From assembly GCA_964606415.1 (NCBI GenBank), contig CAZSGN010000002.1, positions 1 to 37,738 of the forward strand: DNA of 37,738 bases, read 5' to 3'. The position numbers and the translations under genes are program-made. Of this stretch, positions 1 through 7,343 are shown piece by piece; the first letter of the stretch is position 1; every line of letters starts with the position of its first letter. The notes below the pieces were generated by a model. That model had not been told where the DNA came from and searched no databases. It saw only the letters and a program-made list of their open reading frames with translations. Source of the stretch: an uncultured Bacteroidales bacterium (lineage in GTDB: Bacteria; Bacteroidota; Bacteroidia; Bacteroidales; JBBRXJ01).

Positions 1-96
1 AAAAGTACGAAATTTTCATTTAACTTCATCACTATCCTATGAAATGCCTGCGGATATTGGGTTTGATGCCTTGTGAAGCCTTGTTGATTTCATTTT

Positions 97-1212
97 CTAT
101 GATTCCAATATTCTGATCAAATCATCATTTATATAAAATACTTCTTTTCCGCTTTTTTTAGGTCTGAGAATTTTATGTTTTTCTAATTCATCAAAATATT
201 TTGTTAATGTGGTCCTTGATGACTTATCCAAAATTCCTCCTAATACATTTTGTTTGATATATGGTTGACTGAATAATATTTCATTCACCTCTTTACTATA
301 CCATTTTATTCGTTCTTTTGCATAATCCAATGTGCTCTCCATTTGTTCAAGTATCTCATTTATCAATGTATTTGTTAATAATGATGTTTTTTCAATCGCA
401 TCCAACATGAAAGTGATCCATTCTTTCCATGAGTTTCTTTGGGTTACTGTTGCCAATTTAAAATAATAATCATCTTTGTTGAGAATAATATATTTTGATA
501 AATAGAGGATAGGATAAGAGAGGAGTCCTTTATTTATCAAGTACAAGATATTTAAAATTCTTCCAGTCCTTCCGTTTCCGTCTTGAAATGGATGTATCGC
601 TTCAAATTGATAGTGCCCAACACACATTTTAAGTAATGGGTCAATTGGATATTTTTCATCGTTGTTTAGAAATTCGAGTAAATTTTCAATGAGTTCTTCA
701 ATTTTCTGTTCTCCTCTTGGAGGTGTATATACGATTCCCCCTGATTTAAATTCACTACTTCCTTTTCGGATTACAACTTTTGCTTGAGGAGATCGAAATT
801 CTTGTGTAGTTTCTTTAATTTGATTAAATATAGTTATAATGAGTTTTTTCTCAATCTTTTGCGAGTCTTTTAATTTGCTGAATCCACTCCAAAGTGCTTC
901 CCGGTATTTCAATACTTCTTTTGTGGCTGCATCTATTTTTCCTTCATAATTCTTTTCAGATATTGCTTTGTATAGTTCATCTTCAGTTGTGAATATGTTT
1001 TCGATTTCGGTAGAAGATTTAGCTTCCTGAAGAGCAATTGTATTTATAAGCATGAATGGATTCGGTAATCTATTAATGTTTCCATTCACATTAGCGAGAG
1101 CTCTAGATGCTATTACAAGTTTTTTAAGGATATCTTTATCTTCAAAAACATCATTTCTCGCGGTTAATAAAGGCAAGTCATTATATGGAATATTTCTGTC
1201 AAAATTATTCAT
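97..1212 (-). CDS. Fic family protein (class II autoinhibited type, with a C-terminal winged-helix-like tail)
   Basis: ORF 97..1218. Canonical Fic active-site motif HPFQDGNGRTGR (HxFx[D/E]GNGRxxR). N-terminal STEIEN fits the [S/T]xxxE[G/N] inhibitory-helix motif. The track start at 1218 is TTG; the first ATG (MNNFDR) is at 1212. Confidence 0.9.
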   Translation of the reverse strand: MNNFDRNIPYNDLPLLTARNDVFEDKDILKKLVIASRALANVNGNINRLPNPFMLINTIALQEAKSSTEIENIFTTEDELYKAISEKNYEGKIDAATKEVLKYREALWSGFSKLKDSQKIEKKLIITIFNQIKETTQEFRSPQAKVVIRKGSSEFKSGGIVYTPPRGEQKIEELIENLLEFLNNDEKYPIDPLLKMCVGHYQFEAIHPFQDGNGRTGRILNILYLINKGLLSYPILYLSKYIILNKDDYYFKLATVTQRNSWKEWITFMLDAIEKTSLLTNTLINEILEQMESTLDYAKERIKWYSKEVNEILFSQPYIKQNVLGGILDKSSRTTLTKYFDELEKHKILRPKKSGKEVFYINDDLIRILES

Positions 1213-1220
1213 ACACAAAT

Positions 1221-1342
1221 ATGTTCATTTTTAGTTAAAATCTGAACGGAAGGTGAGAAAATGTTCATTTTATGAGTATTAAAAATATATACGTTCATTT
1301 TTAAGGCAAAAATGTACATGTTTTTGTTTTGTGTTCATAATT
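1221..1342. promoter_or_regulatory. Phased direct-repeat array (core [A/G][T/C]GTTCAT[T/A][T/A]TT) upstream of fic; candidate operator or iteron-like sites
   Basis: Copies start at 1221 (atgttcattttt), 1261 (atgttcatttta), 1291 (acgttcattttt) and 1331 (gtgttcataatt), plus a degenerate atgtacatgttttt at 1312. Spacings are 40/30/40 bp. Confidence 0.4.
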
Positions 1343-1464
1343 ATTGACAACTTATTTTTGTATATCTATCTTAAATTTTTGGCTTGAGGGTTACTTCAAT
1401 AAGGCTTAACATGATATATTCTATAACTTTTAATCTGTCAAAGTAGAATGAATGTTTACTAAAA

Positions 1465-1539
1465 CCCAAAATGAGCGATTCCGCTCAATCGATTAAGTAA
1501 ATTAAGCATTTCACTTCGTTTAAATCGCTCAACTTAGGT
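1465..1539 (+). repeat. MITE/REP-like structured intergenic repeat, 75-bp internally deleted copy
   Basis: cccaaaatgagcgattccgctcaatcgattaagtaaattaagcatttcac|ttcgtttaaatcgctcaacttaggt matches both ends of the 143-bp copy at 24324..24466. The interior is missing between two tttcac direct repeats. Confidence 0.75.
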
Positions 1540-1626
1540 AAAAAATAATGCGGGATTTCAATGAAGGTTAAATGAATCGAAATCAAAGTAAAAAGTTTGG
1601 CTTTAAAACAAAGGATCACGCAAATA

Positions 1627-3420
1627 TTACATTCGCTCTGGCACTTCTATTCCCAGTAGAGCCATTGCCGATGCAATAACCCGGCCAACCATAGCCGACA
1701 AGGCTAGTCGAAAGGAAATCAGTGCCGTATTGTCATTTTTCAAAATAGGTGTCTCCTGATAAAATTGATTATATTGCTTAACCAGGTCATAAGCATAATT
1801 AGCAACAATCCCCGGATTAAAACCTTCTGCTGACTCACTTACAGCAGCCGGAAAGTCATAAAGAATTTTAATCAATTCTTTTTCTGCCGGCTCAAGATTC
1901 CCGTCATAATTAATTGTTTCTGCTGGTTTAAAACCTTTTTTTTCCGCTTTACGCATTACACTATTGATCCTCGCATATGCATACTGAATAAAAGGCCCGG
2001 TATTTCCGTTAAAATCAATAGATTCAGCAGGATTAAAAGTCATATTCTTTTTAGGATCTACTTTAAGAATATAATATTTAAGAGCCCCCAGCCCAATAAT
2101 CCTATAAATATTATTTTTCTCTTCTACCCCATATCCCTCAAGCTTCCCCAGTTCTTTTGACATTTCTTCAGCAGTACCAATCATTTCTTCAATAAGATCA
2201 TCAGCATCCACAACAGTTCCTTCGCGGGATTTCATTTTCCCTTCGGGAAGTTCCACCATACCATACGACAAATGATAAATATGTTTACCCCAATCGAATC
2301 CCATTTTATTGAGAAGAACAGAAAGCACCTGGAAATGATAATTTTGCTCATTACCTACCACATAAATCATATCATCAGCATTATAATCCTCATGCCGAAG
2401 TATCGCCGTTCCAATATCCTGTGTCATATAAACCGATGTCCCATCGGAACGAAGTAACAACTTTCTGTCAAGTCCTTCATCTTCGAGATTAGCCCAGACA
2501 GAACCATCCTCGTGTTGTTCAAGAATACCATTATTTAATGCATCAAGAACGATGGATTTTCCCAGAAGATAAGTTTCAGATTCATAATAAATCTTATCAA
2601 AATCTACCCCAAGCGCTTTGTAAGTCTGGTCAAAACCATCATAAACCCACTGGTTCATCATTTTCCACAACTCATTCACTTTTTCATCTCCAGCCTCCCA
2701 CTTTCTCAACATTTCCTGTGCTTCTTTCAGGACAGGAGCTTGTTTAGCAGCCTGGTCTTTATCTACCCCTTCTTCAATCAGTTTTTTCACCTCCTTTTTA
2801 TATTCCTGATCAAAACGAACATAATAATCGCCAACCAGATGATCTCCTTTTTCCCCGGCAGAATCGGGAGTCTGGTCATTACCCCACTTTTCCCAGGCCA
2901 ACATAGACTTACAAATATGTATACCACGGTCATTGACAAGATTGACTTTATAAACATTATTACCAGCAGCTTCTAAAATATTAGAAATGGCATAACCTAA
3001 TAAATTATTCCGGATATGCCCCAGATGGAGAGGTTTATTGGTATTAGGAGATGAATATTCCACCACGATGGTCCTTTCAGCCTGCTCGCTACGAATACCG
3101 TAATCATCAATCTTTTTCATGCCCTGCAACTGATTAATCCAGAAAGCACCATCAAAAATAAGATTAAGAAAGCCCTGAACAACATTGTAATGTTCTATAT
3201 AACGCAGGCGATCAACTAAATATGCACCAAGCAGCTCGGCGGTCTCTACGGGAGATTTTTTTGCAATTTTTAAAAGGGGAAAAACAACAATCGTTCTATC
3301 GCCTTCAAAATCCTTTCTGGTTTTCTGGATCTGAATTAATTTCTCATCTGGCTCCTGGCCAAACAGCTCCAGACACCCTTCACGAACACTTTTAGACAAA
3401 AGAGACTCAATATTTTCCAT
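1627..3420 (-). CDS. argS: Arginine--tRNA ligase
   Basis: Class I aaRS HIGH motif (NKPLHLGHIRNN), KMKSREG (MSTR-like) motif, and a typical ArgRS C-terminus ending ...PERM. The 31-codon hydrophobic extension to 3513 is not ArgRS-like, so MENIESLL (ATG at 3420) is preferred. Confidence 0.95.
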   Translation of the reverse strand: MENIESLLSKSVREGCLELFGQEPDEKLIQIQKTRKDFEGDRTIVVFPLLKIAKKSPVETAELLGAYLVDRLRYIEHYNVVQGFLNLIFDGAFWINQLQGMKKIDDYGIRSEQAERTIVVEYSSPNTNKPLHLGHIRNNLLGYAISNILEAAGNNVYKVNLVNDRGIHICKSMLAWEKWGNDQTPDSAGEKGDHLVGDYYVRFDQEYKKEVKKLIEEGVDKDQAAKQAPVLKEAQEMLRKWEAGDEKVNELWKMMNQWVYDGFDQTYKALGVDFDKIYYESETYLLGKSIVLDALNNGILEQHEDGSVWANLEDEGLDRKLLLRSDGTSVYMTQDIGTAILRHEDYNADDMIYVVGNEQNYHFQVLSVLLNKMGFDWGKHIYHLSYGMVELPEGKMKSREGTVVDADDLIEEMIGTAEEMSKELGKLEGYGVEEKNNIYRIIGLGALKYYILKVDPKKNMTFNPAESIDFNGNTGPFIQYAYARINSVMRKAEKKGFKPAETINYDGNLEPAEKELIKILYDFPAAVSESAEGFNPGIVANYAYDLVKQYNQFYQETPILKNDNTALISFRLALSAMVGRVIASAMALLGIEVPERM

Positions 3421-3584
3421 AACGTAGCATTTTAGGGGAGCCAAAATTAGTAAAAAGCAAGCAGTAAAAAATATAAGTGGCAACCAAAAATCATCGGGAA
3501 ACTTCCAAAACATTTTAATCTTTCACAACTATTAATAACAATCGTTTGGAAATAACTCATAAAAAACTAATTATCAACATTACA

Positions 3585-3668
3585 CATATTATGAGTGTAT
3601 GCTAAATTATTGATTTAGTGATATTTAAATATTCAATCTTATAAAAAATACACCTAAACTTACTTTGA
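3585..3668. repeat. 84-bp intergenic repeat, family B copy 1 (second copy at 18787..18870)
   Basis: Shared blocks catatt-N10-gctaaattattgattt-N6-atttaaatattc...acctaaa...ttga sit at identical offsets in both copies. About three quarters of positions are identical by eye. Confidence 0.6.
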
Positions 3669-3712
3669 CCAATTAAATGACCTAATTAAACCCTCTTAAT
3701 AAATAAAGAAGC

Positions 3713-3740
3713 AAAAAATCCCTGAATGCCGAAGTCATTC
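3713..3740 (-). terminator. Putative intrinsic terminator downstream of the dehydrogenase gene
   Basis: On the minus strand, hairpin gaatgacttcggcattc (GAATG/CATTC arms around a CTTCGG core) is followed after 4 nt by TTTTTT (plus-strand a-run 3713..3718). Confidence 0.45.
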
Positions 3741-3786
3741 CTGTTACGATTTCAAGTATCATGACAAACATAATAAGGATAAAAAC

Positions 3787-4839
3787 TTAATCCGCAGCTG
3801 TCCCATTAAAATAGATCATCGCTTTCATGACCCCATCCTGATAACCCTCTACCAGATCAAATGCCTCTTTAGACTGTTCAAAAGAAAAGCGATGAGTCAG
3901 CATATCATCAACCTTGATCATTCTGTTATCAATCATATCAAGGACAGGTTGCACGCAATCCACCTGCCGTCTTACATTAATAATACTTATTTCTTTTCGC
4001 CTGATCTTTTCCGGACTAAAACAAATTTGATCAGCCTCGGGTATTCCGATAAGCATAAGCACCCCACCCGGCTTCAATAAATCAATAGCCTGATCAATGG
4101 CCTCTTGCTGTCCACAGCATTCAAAAACCACATCCAACTCAAGGGGTTCCTTTTCATGTATATCAGTAACTACATCCTGCTTATCAGGATTACCAGTCCA
4201 GTCCGCACCGGCGGCGGAAGCCATTTCCAGGCGCTCCTCAATTTTATCAGTCACATATAATTTATCAGGCGTACATGTCTGAGCCGCTTTAAGGACACTC
4301 ATGCCAATAGGACCAAAACCAAGAATACCTATTTTCTTATTCCCCAGTATCCCCGCTTGCCTAATTGCATACAAGCCAATTGACAATGGCTCAGACAGTG
4401 CACCCTGCTCAATGGATGTATCCCTTTTAAGCACAAGTAAACTGGCTTCCGGCATAACAATATATTCTTTCAGTGATCCCTCTGCCTGCCCAGGACAACC
4501 GAGGAATTTGAGATTACGACAGGTATGATTTCTGCCGGCACGGCATTGATCGCACTCCCCACACCATATTGCCGGATCAACAGCAACGCGATCTCCCGGC
4601 TTCACCAATTGAGTGCCAGGCCCGACATCTTCAACAACTCCGGCACATTCATGGCCTACAACAAAAGGATAATCAACCACCTGGCTTCCTATCCGTCCCG
4701 TTTTATAATAATGAATATCAGATCCACACACACCAACCACTTCTATCCTGATCATAACATCTGTATCATTAATAATATCCGGCTTAGGCACATCCCTCAT
4801 CTCCATCTGGTGAATACCAGTTAATATCATTGCTTTCAT
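3787..4839 (-). CDS. Zn-dependent medium-chain dehydrogenase, polyol/sorbitol dehydrogenase-like
   Basis: Catalytic-Zn motif GHECAGVVEDVG. Structural-Zn cysteines CGECDQCRAGRNHTC. Rossmann GILGFGPIG. CGSDIHYYKTGRIG resembles the sorbitol-DH signature. Confidence 0.9.
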   Translation of the reverse strand: MKAMILTGIHQMEMRDVPKPDIINDTDVMIRIEVVGVCGSDIHYYKTGRIGSQVVDYPFVVGHECAGVVEDVGPGTQLVKPGDRVAVDPAIWCGECDQCRAGRNHTCRNLKFLGCPGQAEGSLKEYIVMPEASLLVLKRDTSIEQGALSEPLSIGLYAIRQAGILGNKKIGILGFGPIGMSVLKAAQTCTPDKLYVTDKIEERLEMASAAGADWTGNPDKQDVVTDIHEKEPLELDVVFECCGQQEAIDQAIDLLKPGGVLMLIGIPEADQICFSPEKIRRKEISIINVRRQVDCVQPVLDMIDNRMIKVDDMLTHRFSFEQSKEAFDLVEGYQDGVMKAMIYFNGTAAD

Positions 4840-4855
4840 ATGTTCGATATTTTTT

Positions 4856-5095
4856 GTTCGTTGTTCCTTGTTCCTTGTTCCTTGTTCCTTGTTCCTTGTT
4901 CCTTGTTTTTTGCCTGTCCGTCTACTGACGGATTCTTTGTTCCTTGTTCCTTGCCTGTCCGTCTACTGACGGATTCTTTGTTCCTTGTTCCTTGTTCGTT
5001 GTTCCTTGTTCCTTGCCTGTCCGTCCACTGACGGATTCTTTGCCTGTCCGTCCACTGACGGATTTGTTGTTTGTTTGTCTACTGGAAGATCCTTT
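4856..5095. repeat. Composite minisatellite: GTTCCTT heptad runs interleaved with four copies of a 27-nt hairpin unit
   Basis: 12 perfect GTTCCTT units (6 at 4863..4904; pairs at 4939, 4980 and 5001) plus variants gttcgtt/gtttttt/gtttgtt. The 27-mers gcctgtccgtc[t/c]actgacggatt[c/t][t/g]tt lie at 4912..4938, 4953..4979, 5015..5041 and 5042..5068, each with a TCCGTC-NACT-GACGGA stem-loop. Confidence 0.9.
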
Positions 5096-5280
5096 GCTTT
5101 AGCTGCTATGACGAGGTATTAAGTCAATTATTTAAGTATATATTAAACGCTATAAAATGAAAACTTCATAGAAAAAAATAGTTTATATGAATATCATTTA
5201 AAGAATCATTATAACTTTACAATTAACAAAGTTAACCATTTTAGAGGCACGACAAACATCAAGCCATAAAACATCCACCA

Positions 5281-5901
5281 ATGAAACCCGACGAGATCAG
5301 AAAACTCATTCAGTATGAAGCCACAGCCATAGAAAACATCCCGGCTTCCGAAACATTTTCCGAAGCCATTGATTTGATCCATGAACAAGTACATCAAAAA
5401 CAAGGCAAACTCATTGCAAGCGGCATGGGAAAGGCAGGACAAATTGCAAATAATATTGCTACCACCTTCAGTTCAACAGGCACACCAGCCATATACATTC
5501 ATCCCAGTGATGCTCAGCATGGCGATCTGGGTGTCATTGCGCCGCAAGACATTTTACTGCTCATTTCCAATTCCGGAAAAACAAGAGAGATTCTTGAATT
5601 AATCGACTTAACAGAAAATCTTCACCCGGGCCTTCCACTTATTGTAATAACAGGAAACCAGAAAAGCGAATTAGCAGAACTTGCTGATGTTTGTATCTAT
5701 ACCGGTGCACCAAAAGAATTATGCCCGTTGGGTCTCACCCCAACAATATCCACCACCGCCATGACTGTTATAGGTGATGTTTTAGTGGTCATGATGATGA
5801 AAAGAATTAATTTTACAGCAGAAGGATACGCCAGGCGACATCATGGCGGATACCTCGGCGATCTATCACGAAGAAAAAACAATCAAAACAGATCAACATG
5901 A
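5281..5901 (+). CDS. SIS domain protein, KpsF/GutQ-like sugar-phosphate isomerase lacking the CBS pair
   Basis: GKLIASGMGKAGQIA and LLLISNSGKT are SIS motifs. The protein ends just after the RHHGGYLG linker where KpsF-type proteins continue into CBS domains. Confidence 0.8.
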   Translation: MKPDEIRKLIQYEATAIENIPASETFSEAIDLIHEQVHQKQGKLIASGMGKAGQIANNIATTFSSTGTPAIYIHPSDAQHGDLGVIAPQDILLLISNSGKTREILELIDLTENLHPGLPLIVITGNQKSELAELADVCIYTGAPKELCPLGLTPTISTTAMTVIGDVLVVMMMKRINFTAEGYARRHHGGYLGDLSRRKNNQNRST

Positions 5902-6440
5902 GAATAGAGAGCACGCGAACAACAGGATTAATTATTGACATACAGGAAAAACTTTTTCCTGTCATGCATGACAAAGAAAACCTCCGGATCCAGAATGAAA
6001 AACTAATCAAGGGCCTCCAGGAACTAAGTATAAACATTGAGGTTACCCAGCAGTACCCGAAAGGATTAGGGCCAATAATTACACCATTAAGGGAAATGAT
6101 CCAGGATTTTACCCCTTATGACAAAATTTCCTTTAGTTGTTGCGATGATCCGGATTTTTTCAATCAACTTGAATCCACAGAAAAAAAAAATATATTAGTT
6201 GCCGGAATAGAAACACACGTGTGCATTTTACAAACCACGCTTGACTTATTGGAAAAGGGTTACCAGCCTGTTATCATTGAAGACTGCGTTTCATCAAGAC
6301 ACCTGCCGGATAAAGAAATAGCTATTGCACGCATGAGACAAGAAGGAGCTATTATCAGCAGCCTTGAATCCATCTTATTTGAGCTCTGCAGATATGCCGG
6401 AACAGAAGAATTTAAAGCTATTTCCAGGTTGATCAAATGA
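5898..6440 (+). CDS. Isochorismatase-family cysteine hydrolase
   Basis: LIIDIQ (Asp) and ILVAGIETHVCILQT (catalytic Cys) motifs; 180 aa. The ATGA overlap with the upstream SIS gene suggests translational coupling. Confidence 0.85.
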   Translation: MRIESTRTTGLIIDIQEKLFPVMHDKENLRIQNEKLIKGLQELSINIEVTQQYPKGLGPIITPLREMIQDFTPYDKISFSCCDDPDFFNQLESTEKKNILVAGIETHVCILQTTLDLLEKGYQPVIIEDCVSSRHLPDKEIAIARMRQEGAIISSLESILFELCRYAGTEEFKAISRLIK

Positions 6441-6691
6441 AACCCTCACCATAAGGCTTATAAAATGGGAAATAATTGATTTAAGACAAAAGGGCATGAA
6501 CCGAATCCCCTTTAGGGGTGAGCTCAGCGAAGCTAATATAAACAGTGGTATTAAAAAAGTGAGGATTCGCCGGAGGGCGTGTGTTTGTCTTGTGAGTGCC
6601 CGGCAACAGACATCACGTTCGCCCAAAAAAATGGACCTGTATTTAATAAATTACAAACGATTGGATAAATTATATTCGTGTAAAGAAACAA

Positions 6692-6699
6692 TATATTTG
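6692..6699 (+). promoter_or_regulatory. Bacteroidota-type -7 promoter box (TAnnTTTG) upstream of the first DUF1573 gene
   Basis: tatatttg matches TAnnTTTG, about 85 nt upstream of the ATG at 6784. Confidence 0.35.
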
Positions 6700-6783
6700 C
6701 TTTCTATATACTAATTACAAATAACAAAATCCAGGTTTATTCGTTTAATCATAAAAATAAGAACCTTAAATGATCATAAGAAA

Positions 6784-7206
6784 ATGAAAACAACCACGAA
6801 TCTTTCTTTATTAGTGTTTTTTGCATTAATGAATTTTGGTTTGATTAATGCTCAGGATGGTGCCAACATACACTTCCCTGAAGAAAAGCATGATTTCGGG
6901 ACCATTAAAGAAGTTGATGGTCCAGTATCTTATCATTTCGAATTCATTAACAAGGGAAAAGCTCCTCTTATCATCAAAGACGTAGATGCTACATGCGGAT
7001 GCACAACACCTGAATGGACCAAAAAACCAGTAATGCCAGGTCAAAAAGGGAGTATTAAAGCTATTTATGACCCCAAAGACAGACCGGGAACCTTTGAAAA
7101 AACAATTACAGTAAGCTCTAATGCTCAAAATAAAAACAAATATATATTAAAGATCAGCGGGGAAGTTGAACCTAAAGGATTACCCAAAATGAAACCACAA
7201 AAATAA
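6784..7206 (+). CDS. DUF1573 domain protein (single domain, secreted)
   Basis: Signal peptide followed by the HDFGTI...FEFINKGKAPLIIKDVDATCGCTTPEWTKKPVMPGQKG pattern typical of DUF1573 (CGCT motif). Confidence 0.85.
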   Translation: MKTTTNLSLLVFFALMNFGLINAQDGANIHFPEEKHDFGTIKEVDGPVSYHFEFINKGKAPLIIKDVDATCGCTTPEWTKKPVMPGQKGSIKAIYDPKDRPGTFEKTITVSSNAQNKNKYILKISGEVEPKGLPKMKPQK

Positions 7207-7343
7207 ATAGAGTTTGTCTATAAAGTCCAATTTACGAGAAAGAATAAGCCTTTCAAACGTAACATTTCAAACAAGCATATGTTTGATCGCATCATTTCTT
7301 TACTTTATAAACAGATTTTAAATAAAATAACCAGGATAGGATT

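Noticed and set aside
2272-2976. Short ORFs antisense to argS. Similar ORFs lie antisense to the dehydrogenase (3892-4824), DUF1573 genes, uvrA (24938-26194), the outer-membrane protein (20975-21994), miaA (19591-20243), galK (35998-36204) and others.
   Set aside because: They are shadow ORFs embedded in well-supported genes on the opposite strand. Their composition is low in complexity and they carry no motifs.
3421-3513. N-terminal extension of argS (MFWKFPDDFW...)
   Set aside because: The 31 hydrophobic residues are not found in ArgRS, and the internal MENIESLL start gives a canonical length. The same logic rejected the extensions of miaA (to 20320), the T9SS protein (to 9543), LemA (14984), GH3 (31428) and the methyltransferase (TTG 36848).
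4840-5031. Plus-strand ORF (63 aa, MFDIFCSLFLVPCSLFLVPCS...)
   Set aside because: Its peptide is only the in-frame reading of the GTTCCTT heptad/27-mer minisatellite. It has no independent coding signal.
4856-5095. Possible CRISPR array
   Set aside because: The repeat units are 7 and 27 nt and directly abut each other without unique spacers. No cas genes are in the window.
6492-6626. Identification of the GC-rich island as SRP (4.5S) RNA, RNase P RNA, tmRNA or a cobalamin/TPP riboswitch
   Set aside because: I could not find the defining cores by eye: no GGAAGCAGC-type SRP domain IV, no RNase P GGAAAGUCCGG, no tRNA-like tmRNA ends, and no B12 box beyond a trivial ccactg. The identity is left open.
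6375-6714. ORFs 6375..6626 (-) and 6496..6714 (+) over the GC-rich island
   Set aside because: They overlap each other and the hydrolase 3' end. Their products are Arg/Cys-rich, as expected from a GC-rich non-coding segment, with no motifs. I treat the region as a possible RNA or structured element instead.
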